Source: Squalus acanthias
Lineage: Eukaryota
DNA: 64,000 nucleotides
NCBI GenBank assembly: GCA_030390025.1
Contig: JASTWF010000357.1
Location: 248,001 to 312,000, forward strand
Direction of reading: 5' to 3'
How positions within the stretch are numbered: position 1 is the first letter of the stretch; each line of letters begins with the position of its first letter. Both the position numbers and the translations under genes were made by a program. Below, piece after piece: positions 1 to 12,590 of this stretch. The notes beneath the pieces are model-generated. The model saw only the letters and a list, made by a program, of their open reading frames with translations, had not been told where the DNA came from and did not search any database.

Positions 1-171
1 TTCTCCCCATGTTCCTTGATCCCTTCAGCCTTATGAAATATATCTAAGTCCTTCTTGAATATATTTAATGAATTGGCCTCAACTGCCTTCTGTGGCAGAG
101 AATTCCACAGGTTCACCACTCTCTGGTGATGAAATTCCTCCTCATCTCAGTCCTAAATGGCTTACCCGTTA
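1..171 (-). mobile_element. Old CR1-type LINE, 3' piece (continues at 10825-11897 and 16661-17905)
   Basis: CR1 ORF2 C-terminal sequence. It ends ...ATGGCTTACCCGTTA and resumes CCCTTATCTTTAGAC at 10825, collinear with other CR1 copies in the window. Confidence 0.75.
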
Positions 172-242
172 ACCTGACGAAGGAGCAGCGCTCCGAAAGC
201 TTGTGATTTCAAATAAACCTGTTGAACTATAACCTGGTGTTG
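172..242 (+). mobile_element. Penelope-like pseudo-LTR fragment with hammerhead core (left part of a mini-element split by Tx1; right part 10770-10824)
   Basis: ACCTGACGAAGGAGCAGCGCTCCGAAAGCTTGTGATTTCAAATAAACCTGTTG...GGTGTTG matches the pLTR of the Penelope element at 59041-59112. Confidence 0.85.
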
Positions 243-1779
243 CTCTTTTTGGTTGGACAAATCAAAATTTACTGTAAATCAATTAAAACTTTAAATGAAA
301 CTTAATAAATCAAATCAAAATTTGGAAGTCCGGGGTGACGATGCACTCCAGCCCCCGCGGCGCCCACCGGTCGCGGAAAAACTCAAGCGTGCCGGCGGAC
401 ACCGCGTGCTCCATCTCCAGGGCCACCCGGGCGCGAACATGGCCGCGGAAGAGAGGCAGGCAATCGGGCCGAACGACCCCCTCGACCGCCCGCTGCCTGG
501 ACCAATTAATGGCTTTCTTGGCCAGGCCCAGGAACAGTCCTACGAGGAGGTCCTCCGACCTACCCGCTCCCCTCCGCACCGGGTGACCGTAGATCAGGAG
601 CGTGGGGCTGAAGTGCAACCAGAAATTGAAGAGCAGCCCCTTCAAATAATGAAAGAGGGGCTGCAACCTCTCACACTCAATATAAATGTGATAGATGGAC
701 TCCTCCAGGCCACAGAAATGGCAAGCAGCCTGGGAGTCCGTAAACCTACTTAAAATCCTATTGCACGGGACTGCTCCATGCAACACCCTCCAGGCCAAGT
801 CCCCAATAGAACAAGGGAAGACTCCCGCGTAGAGAGCCTTCCAATGGGGACCTTCGCCTCCACCGGACGGCAGGATGGTACGCCAAGGCATGTCCGGACG
901 GCAGACGAAGATGGCAAAGTGGAGAGTGTGCAGGAGCAGCCCGTACAGGAAACGCCTCCGTGCGGATTGAAAGGGCACGGAGGGCATTTCTCCGAGAAGG
1001 CTCAAGTGGTGAGGCGGCGGCTCCCGAGGGAGGATTCGGGGCCGGGCGCCGATAAGGAATTCCGTCCGAACGGGGGTCAGTTCGGACGGGATCGCCCCAC
1101 GTGCCTGAGCCTCCTCGACACACCTAGTGGAGACGGGGCCCAGTGCCACTTTTAGCGACTCGATGGCTTTGACCGCGAGCCGGACGTTGACCCAGGACAT
1201 GCGCCTCGCCAACTCCTCTGGCGCCATCCAGCCCGCTCCTCCGCCATCGAGCAGGTCCCCGACTCTGGTCACCTTACCGGGCACAGCCCTGCCCTCCGCC
1301 AGCCTGCCGAACCCGCGGTCGTGGAGGTGCGGATTCCTGAACACCGGCTCCCGAAGGACGGCCGCCGCTCCTGACGGGGGAGAAATGCGCTCGGAGGCGA
1401 CGCTGTTCCAAACCCATAGCAGTTCCTGGTAGAAGACAGGCAGCTCCCGCAGGCTGGCACGCGTGCCACCCACTCTCACAAACAGGAGCTGCGTGTCGTA
1501 ATTGAGGCCGTGCAGCTGGCGGAAGAAATACGTCGCCAGCGCACGCCACCTAGGAGGATTCTCCACGTACAGGTATCTCTGCAGCGTCTGAAGACGGAAA
1601 GTCGCCGCCTGGGTGCGAAGGCACACCAGAGCCCGACCGCCCTCCCTAAGCGGGAGACTCAAAACCGCGGCAGAGACCCAGTGCTTCCTTTTGTCCCAGA
1701 AGAAGTCGACGAGCTTCTTCTGCATCTTGGCGACAAAAGCAGGGGGAGGGATCAAAGTGACCAACCGCTACCACAACAT

Positions 1780-4700
1780 AAGAACATAAGAACATAAGAA
1801 ATAGGAGCAGGAGTAGGCCAATCGGCCCCTCGAGCCTGCTCCGCCATTCAATAAGATCATGGCTGATCTGATCCTAACCGCCAATCTACTATCTATCACA
1901 GAACCATCTCCTGCATCTAACAGATTTGCACACACGAAATAGGAGCAGAATCAGGCTACACAGTCCCTGGGCCCGCTCCACTACCCACAGGGCCATGACC
2001 GATCCGAACCTAGACTCATGTCCAAATTCCTGCCCGCTCCCCGTAACCCTTAATGCCCTTTACTTCTAGGAAACTGTCTATTTCTGTTTTAAATTTAATT
2101 AATGTTGTAGCTTCTACAGCTTTTTGTGGCAGCATATTCCATGGACCTACCACCCTCTGAGTGAAGTAGTTCCTCCTCATCTCAGTTTTGAAAGAGCAGC
2201 CCCTTATTCTAAGACTATGTCCCCTAGTTCTCGTCTCACCCGTCATCGGGAACATCCTCCCCGCATCCACCCGATCCAACCCCTTCACAATCTTATATGT
2301 TTCAATAAGATCGCCTCTCATTCTTCTGAACTCCATTGAGTAGAGTCCCAATCTACCCAACCTCTCCTCATATGACCACCCCCTCATCCCCGGGATTAAC
2401 CGAGTGAACCTTTTTTGCACTGCCTCGAGAGCAAGGATGTCTTTCCTTAAGTAAGGACACCAAAACTGTATGCAGTATTCCAGGTGCGGTCTCACCAATA
2501 CCTTGTACAACTGAAGCAATACCTCCCTATTTTTATATTCTATCCCCCTAGCAATGAAAGCCAACATTCCATTTGCCTTCTTAATCACTTGCTGCACCTG
2601 CATACTAACCTTTTGAGTTTCGTGCACCAGGACCCCCAGATCCCTTTGCACTTCAGTACTCTCCAGTTTCTTGCCATTAAGATAATAAATTGCTCTAGGA
2701 TTTTTCCTGCCAAAGTGCATCACCTCACACTTTCCAGTGTTGTATTCCATCTGCCAAATCTCTGCCCACTTACTTAGCCTGTCTATGTCCCCTTGCAGGT
2801 TTTTTATGTCCTCCTCACTCAGTACTTTCCCTCCCATCTTTGTATCATCTGCAAATTTTGATATGTTACACTTGGTCCCTTCCTCCAAATCGTTAATATA
2901 GATTGTGAAGAGTTGGGGACCCAGCACTGACCCCTGTGGAACACCACTAGTTACTGATTGCCAGTCTGAGAATGAACCATTTATCTCAACTCTTTGCTTT
3001 CTGTTAGATAGCCAATCCTCTATCCATGCCAGAATATTACCCCCAATCCCGTGATTTTTTACCTTAAGCAATAATCTTTTGTGTGGCACCTTGTCAAATG
3101 CCTTTTGGAAGTCTAAATACACTACGTCCACTGGTTCCCCTTTATCCACTCTATATGTTACTTCCTCAAAGAACTCCAGCAAATTTGTCAAACATGACTT
3201 CCCCTTCGTAAAACCATGCTGACTTTGTCCTATTAAATTATGATTATCCAAATGTCCTGTTACTGTTTCCTTAATAATGGACTCCAAAATTTTACCTACC
3301 ACAGATGTTAGGCTAACCGGTCTATAGTTACCAGCCTTCTGTCTACTGCCCTTTTTAAATAAGGGTGTTACATTAGCAGTTTTCCAGTCTGCCGGGACCT
3401 TAGCGGAATCCAGGGAGTTTTGAAAAATTATTACCAATGCATCTACAATCCCTACCGCCACTTCCTTCAAGACTCTAGGATGTAAGCCATCAGGTCCAGG
3501 TGATTTATCCGCCTTGAGTCCCATTATTTTACCGAGTACCACTTCCTTAGTGATTTTGATCGTGTTTAGCTCCTCTCCCCCTATAGCCCCCTGTTTGTCC
3601 AGTGTTGGGATATTCTTAGTGTCCTCTACTGTAAAGACTGATACAAAATATTCATTCAGTGTTTTTGCCATCTCCATATTTCCCACCATTAATTTCCCGG
3701 TCTCATCCTCTAAGGGACCAACATTTACTTTAGCCACCCTTTTTCTTTTTATATAACTATAAAAACTCTTACTATCTGTTTTTATATTTTTTGCTAATTT
3801 ACTTTCATAATCTATCTTCCCTTTCTTAATCAATCTTTTTGTTATTTTTTGCTGCCTTTTAAAGTTTTCCCAATCCTCTGTCCTCCCACTAGATTTCGCT
3901 ACCTTATATGCCCTTGTTTTTAGTCGAATACTATCCTTAATTTCTTTACTTAGCCACGGATGACTGTCCTTTCTTTTACACCCTTTTCTTTTCAGTGGAA
4001 TATATTTTTTTGGAAGTTGTAAAATAACTCCTTGAATGTACACCACTGATCATGTGTCGTCTTACCCTTTAATCTATTTTCCCAATCCACTCTACTCAAT
4101 TCCGCTCGCATACCTTCATAGTCTCCTTTATTCAAGCTTAGCACGCTTGTTTGAGATCCAACCTTCTCACCCTCTAATTGAATATGGAATTCAACCATGT
4201 TATGGTCACTCATTCCAAGGGGATCCTTTACTAGGACATTTTTAATTAATCCTGTCTCGTTACACAGGACCAGATCTAAGGTTGCTTGCCCCCTGGTCGG
4301 TTCAGTTACATACTGCTCAAGAAACCCATCCCTAATACACTCAATGAACTCATCCTCAAGGCAGCCCTGCCCCATTTGATTTGTCCAATTAATATGATAG
4401 TTAAAATCCCCCATAATTATAGATGTTCCCTTATTACATGCCTCAACTATTTCCTGATTGATACTCCGTCCAATAGAGTTGCAACTGTTCGGAGGCCTAT
4501 AGACTACGCCCACTAATGTTTTTTTCCCCTTATTATTCCTTATCTCCACCCAAACTGTTTCATTATCATGATTTTTTGACCCAATATCATTACTCTGTAT
4601 TACAGTGATTCCTTCCTTTATTAACATAGCCACCCCACCTCCCCTTCCTTCCTGCCTGTCCTTCCTGATCGTTAAATAACCTGGTATGTTTAATTCCCAG

Positions 4701-5141
4701 GCATTGTCACCCTGCAGCCATGTTTCTGTAATGGCCACAATATCATAACCATATGTAGTTATTTGTGCCATTAACTCGTCTATTTTGTTACGAATGCTAT
4801 GTGCATTCAGATAGAGAACTTTCAAATATGCTTTGTGGCACTTAGTTCCTGCTTTTTCACTTTTTACCAGTTTACCTTTTACTCCACACACTCTGTCCCT
4901 TCCTGCCACGCTCTGATTTGTGATTCCCCTACTGCTACCTATGTCTATGACCCTCTCTGTTGTCATTTTTATTTTTTGCTCTCTTGAAACCTCCCCCCCA
5001 CTAATTAGTTTAAAGCCCTCTCCACAGCCCTAGTTATTCGATTCGCCAGGACACTAGTCCCAGCACTGGCCAAGTGAAGTCCGTCCCAACGGAACAGCTC
5101 TCTCCTGCCCCAGTACTGGTGCCAGTGTCCCAAGAAGCAAA
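1780..5141 (-). mobile_element. CR1-type LINE, 5'-truncated in ORF1, inserted into Tx1 ORF2
   Basis: (AAGAACAT)n tail next to 1780. AACAT is present at both junctions (1775-1779 and 5142-5146). The Tx1 frame ...LVAAM|LW...LVTLIPPP continues across the insertion. Confidence 0.9.
2016..4966 (-). pseudogene. CR1 ORF2 (APE-RT) with a single frameshift at a homopolymer (4005-4011)
   Basis: ORFs 3992-4966 (YLNAHS, ITETWL, MGDFN, SDHN) and 2016-4046 (QGSVLGP, FADD) overlap at a T7 run. Confidence 0.85.
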
Positions 5142-7584
5142 AACATGGCGGCCACCAGCTGGTTTATGACCAGCGCTCGACCCCTGTAGGACAACACTCG
5201 GAGCAGTCCTGTCCAGCGCCCTTCGGCCTCCAGCTCTTGCCAGTTCGCCGGCCAGGCGTCCTCGGCCGGGCTGAGGTAGACTCCCAGGTAGAGGAGGTGC
5301 GTGGTGCTCCAGGCGAAAGGCCCGAACTCCTCCGGCAGGGAGTCCACCCGCCATGGGCCCACCAGGAGTCCAGAACATTTCTCCCAGTTGATCTTGGCGG
5401 AGGATGCGTCCGAGTAAATCTGCTGGCATTCTCGCATCCTCCGCAAGTCAACGGGATCCGTGACCGCGAGGAGCACGTCATCGGCGTAAGCCGAGAGGAC
5501 CACCTCCACGCCCGGCCCTTGCAGAGCCAGTCCCGTCAACCTCTTCCGCAAGAGGCGCAGGAAAGGCTCCACGCAAACGGCGTATAACTGACCGGACATG
5601 GGGCATCCCTGACGCACCCCCCTCCCGAAGCGAAGGGGCGCCGTCAAAGACCCGTTCACTTTAATCAGACACTCCGCGGCGGCGTACAGAAGTCGGATCC
5701 GGGCGACGAAATGCGTCCCGAAACCGAATGCGCGCAGAGTCCCGAAAAGATACTCGTGATCCACCCTGTCGAACGCCTTCTCCTGATCTAGGGAAAGGAA
5801 GGCGACCGACAGACCAGCCCTCTGGAATGGTGGACCAGGTCCCGGACCAGATGGATGTTGTCGTGGATTGTCCGGCCCGGGACCGTGTAGGACTGGTCGG
5901 GGTGGATCATGCGGGCCAGCACGGTGCCAAGGCGAGCAGACATAGCCCTGGCGAAAATTTTGTAGTCCGTGCTGAGGAGGGAGACCGGGCGCCAGTTCTT
6001 AAGTAGGCGGAGATCGCCCTTCTTGGGCAGCAGGACGATGACCGCCCTGCGCCAAGAGAGGGGCATCTCCCCGGTCGCCAGACTTTCCCCCAGGACCCGC
6101 GCGTAGTCGTCCCCCAAGACATCCCAGAACGCCCTGTGGAACTCCACGGTCAGCCCGTCCAGCCCCGGGGACTTGCCCCTCGAGAGCTGGCGCAGGGCGC
6201 CGGTCAGCTCCGCCAGGCTTAGCGGAGCTTCTAAATTCTCGGCGCCCTCCAGGCCGACCTTCGGCAGGTCCTCCCACAAAACTCTGCGCGCATCCTCGCT
6301 GGACGGATCTGAAGAGAACAGAGCCCCGTAATAGGACCGGGCCTCCGCGCTGATGCCCTCCGGATCCGAGACCAGAGATCCGTCGTCGGCCAGCAGCCCC
6401 AAGAGCTGCTTACGGACCCCCCGTCTTTTTTCCAGCGAGTAGAAGAAGGGGGAGCCGCGGTCCAGGTCCCGCAGGAACTGGATCCGCGACCTCACGTACG
6501 CGCCTCGGGACCCGACCAGCTGCAGGTCCTTCAGCGCGCCCTTCTTCTCTTCGTACACCTTCCGCAGGGCCGGGTCCTCGACGACTTGACCGAGACGGGA
6601 CTCCAGGTCGAGCACTTCTTTCTCCAATCGCCCGACCCGGGCCTCCCGCCTCTTGGTCGACCCCTTCGCGTACTCCTGACAGAAGACGCGGACGTGAGCC
6701 TTGCCCACGTCCCACCATAGCCTCAAGGAGGGGAAGCCTCCCCGCTTCCTTCTCCAGTCGGCCCAGAACCGGCGAAACGAATCCCGGAACCGCGCGTCCT
6801 CCAGCAGCAGGTTGTTAAAATGCCAGTACGTGGACCCCCCCCGCGCGCGCAGCGGAGCGAGCTCCGCCCACACCAGGTGGTGGTCCATGCACGGCACCGG
6901 CCGCATGGAAGCCGCTGGAACGCAGGAGACGTACGCCCGGGAAATGTAAAGGCGGTCGATTCTGGACCTTCCTCCTCCAGACCTCACGCTCGTGAAGGCG
7001 CTGGAGTCGGGATGGAGATTTCGCCATACGTCCACCAGTCGAAGGACCCGACCAGGTCCCGCAACTTCTCCATCGCCTCCGGGCTTCGCGGGGGACCCGA
7101 CCGGTCCCGCGCCTCGAGGGTACAATTGAAATTCCCCCCGAGGATGACGCACTCGCCCACGTCGATGGAGCCCAGAAGAGCGGACACTTCTCCGAAGAAG
7201 CGCACTTGCTGCGCACCGGTCCGGGGGGCGTACACGTTCACTAAATGGAGCGGCACGCCTCCCAGGCGAACAGTGACCTGGAGCAAGCGGCCCGGCACGT
7301 GCTCCTTGACCCTCAATATCCCCGGCTGAAAATGCGGGGCCAGCAAGACAGCCACCCCGCAGGAATTGGTAGAGAGGTGACTCATGCTGACCCCTCCTTG
7401 CCACTCCAGGAGCCACGTGGCCTCGTCTCCCGGAACGGTGTGGGTTTCTTGCAGGAAGCACACCGCATATTTCCCGTCCCGAAGGACCGAGAAGTTATTG
7501 AATCTACGGCGCGCCTCCCTGCTGCCGTTGATGTTGAGGCTGGCTATGGTTATCTTCATCTCAGAAGCATAGTGCAACCTCTAC

Positions 7585-9740
7585 CTAATGGAGGTGAGGG
7601 AGCGCGGTCACTGACGACCGCCACTCCCTCAGCAGCCCAGTGTGGAAACTCTTGAGCCGACGCAGCTCGAGCCGGCCAACGTCCTTGTCCGCGCCCATGA
7701 TTTTAACGGCGGCGCGGACGGACACGACGAGCAGCGCCAGCTCCGACCACTTGTCGAGGGCCACCCGGATCTTCTTGTGACGACCCTGGCTCGTGGCCAT
7801 AAAATCCCGGAGTTCCCCCACGGGGATGAGGGGAGAGTCGGTGAAGGGCACGAGGGCGTCCATCGCCTCGCTGCTGATGGACTCCAAATCGTCCTCGGTG
7901 CCCAACACCGAGTCCCCGTCCTCCTCCGGGAGGTCGTCACCGGCGGCCAACCCGTCCGTCACACGGGGTGCAGCGAACGGCTCGGCCGCACCGGCCGGCC
8001 CCGCCTCCGTCACGATCCCATCCCCAGGATTGGTGGCAGAGGAGTCCAACCTGGGCTCATTCAGGGGCGCCGGGCCGGGAGGCGGCGGCGGTTCGGGGCC
8101 CCCCCCACCGCCTCAGGCGCCGGAGCGACCGGAGAAACCGGGGAGAAAATAATCCCAAATTCCTCCAGCACGTCCGGCGCCAACATCAGAGACGGAGTCA
8201 GGGGGCTTTCTGTCTCCCCGCCACCAACCTCCGACCCAGCGGGCTGGGGATTGTTATACTCCTCCACCAGGTCGAGCAGTCCCTGGGAAATATCTGGGTT
8301 GTAAAAGGCGGGCTCGGCTTCAGCCTGTTTGGCCTCGCCCGCCCCAGTCCCCAGGACGCCCGACCCGGCGAGGAGCAACGGTTCCGGAACGACATTTTCT
8401 TCCGCGGGTTGTTCCGCGCCCCCCCCCACGGGCAGGGTCTCTTCCCCATCCCCGGGAGGCACAGGTCGGACAGACTCGGCTGTCTCACCCTCCCGAGGGA
8501 CAGGCGACCCCTGCCGCTCGCGCGCGATGATGGCGGTGGTGGGGTGGGGCGCAGCACCCGCGGCGGGCGACGACTCCCCTTCTGCGGAGGGACCTTCCTC
8601 CTCGCAGTCCTCCTCCTGGGGGTCGAGCTTCCTTTTTAACATATTGGGGCCCGGAGAGGGGGAGGCCTCCATGTCTGCTGGGGCCTCCCTCTCTGCCCCC
8701 TTCTGACGACTGGGTTTCTTGGGCCCCTCGGGCCCGAGCCCGGCCGCAGGTCTTGATTCAGCTGCCTTGGCAGTTGCGGTCATGGTCACGGGCCCCGGCA
8801 CGAGGACCCCCCCAGTCTCATGCGTCCCGATCAACTCCGCGATGTACTCGGGCGTGAGTTCGGTCAACTCGGATGTTTCCTCCACGAGGGGATCCGCCCT
8901 TAGGTGTTTATTTTTTCTACGCGCCTTCCTTCCCCTCGGACGCTCTCCCTCCCCCCCGCCGGAGGCCGTGATGGTGTTGGCCTCCGATTTCGACCGCGCA
9001 TCCGTCGCCGTCGATGCGCGGACAGTATCAGGGGGAGGGGGGGCGGCGGCACCAGCCCTGGCCGCGCCAGGTGTCGTGGCGACCTCGGAGGCGGGGCAGT
9101 TTTTGCGGACATGCCCCACCTCCTTACAGGTGTAGCACCGCACGCCGTCAGAGGTCCAGAAGACGCGGTGGGCGGTCCCCCCGTGGAGCACCGTGAACGC
9201 GCCATCCGCGTCCTCCTCCCGCGCCAGCCGGACGAAAAGCTGGCGCCGGAAGGAGAAGACGTGCCGAAGGCTGGCTTCCCGGATGCCGAGCGGGATGGGT
9301 GTGAACCCCGACCTCACCTCCCCCAGTTGACGTAGGTGGGGGAGGAGGAGCTCACCCGGAACAAAGGGCGGGACGTTGGAAACCACAATCCTTTGCGCGG
9401 TGGCCTCAAGGGGGTCCACCGGCAGGAAGGTCCCGCCCACGGTGAGCCCCTTCTCGATGGCCAGGGACACCGCCCGCTCCGACCCCAGGAAGAACACAGC
9501 CTTGCCGTACATTTTAGAGGCGGCGACGATGGCTGAAGGGCCGACAACCCCAGCCATGGCTTTAACGCACGCCTCTATAGTCATGTTGGGGTGAGTGTAG
9601 CTCCTGACCCCATTCTTCCTCGTAAGGAGGGTAAAAGGTGACGGGGTAACAGGAGGACTCGTGGCTGCGGCCGTGGCCGCGGCTGCCACGCTCGCATACG
9701 TCCTCGCTGCCCCCGCCACCGACGAAGATGTGCTCGCCAT
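7585..9740 (-). pseudogene. Tx1 ORF1 (nucleic-acid-binding protein with CCHC zinc knuckle), one frameshift near 8100
   Basis: ORFs 8061-9770 and 7585-8049. CYTCKEVGHVRKNC knuckle and Tx1-type N-terminal segment (IVAASKMYGKAVFFL, IVVSNVPPFVP). Confidence 0.8.
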
Positions 9741-10769
9741 AATGGACGGGTCTTTAAGGGCTACACTCACCCCAAGTCACAGGCCTGAAGGTGTTAATGG
9801 CCTCGGTTTTTTTGTTTTTGTTTTCCCCTGAGCAGAGGGAGCTCTTAAATTGAAGGCACACCTCTCCCTTTAGTTGATTGAATTGGGAGAGGGGCCTTCT
9901 GCCCTCTGCTCAATGGGTACTTAATAAAAAGTAAATTGAGGTGCCTCTTAGAGAGAGAGGCAGAGAGAGACAAGAGACAAAGAGAGAGAGAGAGGGGGTG
10001 GGAAGGAGGGAAGCCGCAAGGGCAGGGTCGCCACTCAGGATGGTGGGTGGGTGGGTGTTGGCAGGGGGGGTGCACTCTCCGATGTAATAAAAGTCTTTGG
10101 TGGTGGTCTTCTGGTGGGGGAGAAGATGTCTTCACCTGGGATAGCTGGAGATGCCCAGGCTCAGTCCTGCACCAGGTCTTAACGATGCCCAATAAGATTA
10201 AATTAATTGGGGAACTTCACCTAGGCAGCTCCAGCTGTCCCAGGTCAGGCAATGGGAAAGGGGTGTTTAATATGGTGTGTGCGGCCTAGCTTTTACAGAA
10301 GCCACACACACACACACACACCCCTTGGATGTTCCGGCCTTCTTCTTTTTCTTCTTTCCTCCCCCCACCTACAAAACAAAGTCTCTGGGAGAGTGCCCCA
10401 GAATCACACCCACCTGTAGCTGTTCTTTCCTTCCTTCCTCCTTCCAAACAGATGATGGATGTTGTGTTGTTTTCTCCCCTCTCTCCCTCTCCTAAAATGG
10501 AGGCCAATTGAGGAGGCAGTGTGGAAAGGCCTCTCCTCTGTTGTTGATGGCCTTGGCCTTGGCCTTCTTTTCTCTCTCCTCTCCTGTCCTCTCTCTCCAG
10601 GCACCTCAGTAGTGGTTGTTGGTTGTTGTTGGTGGTCTGCTGTCTGATCTCCTTCTCCTTCTCCTCTTCCTGGTCACAGAGACCACCACTCTGCTGCTGC
10701 TGCTCCTTCGTCAGCAGCTCTGAAAGCTTGTGATTTCAAATAAAGCTGTTGGACTATAACCTGGTGTTG

Positions 10770-10824
10770 TGCGACTTCTCATATTTGTCCACCTCAGTCC
10801 AACACCGGCATCTCCACATCATGG
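10770..10824 (+). mobile_element. Penelope pseudo-LTR fragment (right part of the split mini-element), ending CCACATCATGG
   Basis: Reverse complement matches 57002-57055 and 20650-20704. Confidence 0.85.
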
Positions 10825-11897
10825 CCCTTATCTTTAGACGGTGACCCCTGGTTCTGGACTCCCCCGCCATCGGGAACATCCTTCCTGCATCAAGTCTGTC
10901 TAGTCCTGTTAGAATTTTATAAGTTTCAATGAGATCCCCTCTCATTCTTCTGAACTCCAGCGAATATAAGCCCAATCGACCCACTGTCTCCTCATACATC
11001 ATTCCTGCCATCCCCGATATCAGGCTGGTGAATCTTCGCTGCACTCCCTCCATGGCAAGAACATCCTTCCTCAGATAAGCCGACCAAAACTGCACACAAT
11101 TGCTCAAGGTGTGGTCTCACCAAGGCCCTGTAAAATTGCAGCAAGACATCCTTGCTCCTGTACTCGAATCCTCTCGCTATGAAGGCCAAAATACCATTTG
11201 TCTTCTTAACCGCCTGCTGCACCTGCATGCTTACCTTCAGTGACTGGTTTACAAGGACACCCAGGTCTCGTTGCACTTCCCCTTTTCCCAATCTATTGCC
11301 GTTCAGATAATAATCTGCCTTCCTGTTTTTGCCACCAAAGTGGATAACCTCGCATTAATCCACGTTATACTGCATCTGCCATGCATCTGCCCAATCAGCC
11401 AACCTGTCCAAATCATACTGGATTTTCTCAGCATCCTCCTCAAAGCACACACGCCCACCCAGCTTTGTGTCATCTGCAAACTTGGAGATATTACATCCAG
11501 TTCCCTCGTCTAGATCATTAATATATATTGTGAATAGCTAGGGTCCTAGCACAGACCCCTGCGGTACCCCACTAGTCACTGCCTGCCACTCGGAAAAATA
11601 CATGTATATTCGAACTCTTTGCTTCCTGTCTGCCAAACAGTTCTCTATGCAAGTCAATACCTTACCCCCAATCCCATGTGCTTTACCTTTAAACTTTAAC
11701 CTCTTTTGAGGGACCTTATCGAAAGCCTTCTGAAAGTCCAAATACACCACATCCACTCATTCTTCCTTATATATTCTACCAGTTACATCCTCAAAAATTC
11801 CATTAGATTAGTTAAGCACGATTTATCTTTTGTAAATCCATGTTGACTTTGTCCGATCCTGTCACTGTTTTCCAAGTGCTCTGCTCTTACATCTTTT
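10825..11897 (-). mobile_element. Old CR1-type LINE, middle piece (degenerate RT)
   Basis: ORF fragments 11538-11756 (YLDFQKAFDKV, QGSVLGP), 10992-11291 and 10754-11107. Confidence 0.8.
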
Positions 11898-12325
11898 TAC
11901 AGCGGCGGACCTGGGCGAGAAGTGAGTGGAGCAGCGAGGCTATAAAGCCTGCGGTATCCAGGTAGGCCCCTCCTTTACAGCGGTGGAACTGGGCGAGAAG
12001 TGAGTGGAGCAGCGAGGCTATAAAGTCTGCGGTATCCAGGTAGGCCCCTCTTTTACAGCGGCGGACCTGAGCGAGAAGTGAGTGGAGCAGCGAGGCTATA
12101 AAGCCTGCGGTATACAGTTAGGCCCCTCTTTTACAGCGGCGGACCTGGGCGAGAAGTGAGTGGAGCAGCGAGGCTATAAAAGCCTGCGGTATCCAGGTAG
12201 GCCCCTCTTTTACAGCGGCGGACCTGAGCGAGAAGTGAGTGGAGCAGCGAGGCTATAAAAGCCTGCGGTATCCAGGTAGGCCCCTCTTTTACAGCGGCGG
12301 ACCTGGGCGAGAAGTGAGTGGAGCG
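11895..12325 (+). repeat. About 5.5 tandem 78-79 bp monomers, each with a TATAAA box (CR1 5' UTR)
   Basis: TACAGCGG recurs at 11898, 11976, 12054, 12132, 12211 and 12290. Confidence 0.9.
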
Positions 12326-12590
12326 GCGGCGTTCCAGAGCCACGTCACGATTCAAAACGTGACGTGGGCAGGAGGGAGCGGCTGATTGGGTGAGTACGGC
12401 AGGTTAGTATTTATACAACTTTATAGTTTGATAGTTAAGGTTCATAGTTTATAAAGTTTCAAAGATCTTAATTTTGTGATTATAATTTCTAGTGCTAGTA
12501 ACCAAGGGCCCTTGAGTAATGCATTTAATTGAGTGAATTTGGTGGTATTGATTTGATTTAATTAAAGTTCAATTAATTAAAGGGTAAGTC

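Larger units (their letters stand above)
310..7559 (-). pseudogene. Tx1 ORF2 (APE endonuclease-RT-zinc finger), frameshifted and interrupted by CR1
   Basis: Pieces 6984-7577, 5788-7461, 5054-5764 and 310-1764. Start MKITIASLNING at 7559. C-terminal CHFCGLEESIYHIYIEC. Confidence 0.85.
243..10769 (-). mobile_element. Tx1-clade non-LTR retrotransposon, full-length copy 1 (disrupted; contains a CR1 insertion at 1780-5141)
   Basis: About 1 kb 5' UTR, ORF1 with a CCHC knuckle, ORF2 with APE endonuclease (SLNING, LQETH, SRIDRLY), RT (QGCPMS, YADD) and C-terminal CCHC. Short 3' UTR ends CCAAAAAGAG. Collinear with copy 2. Confidence 0.9.

Noticed and set aside
5034..10650. Many overlapping alternative-frame and antisense ORFs within the Tx1 copies (also 20715-27850)
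   Set aside because: Expected in GC-rich coding DNA and low-complexity UTR. No recognisable domains.
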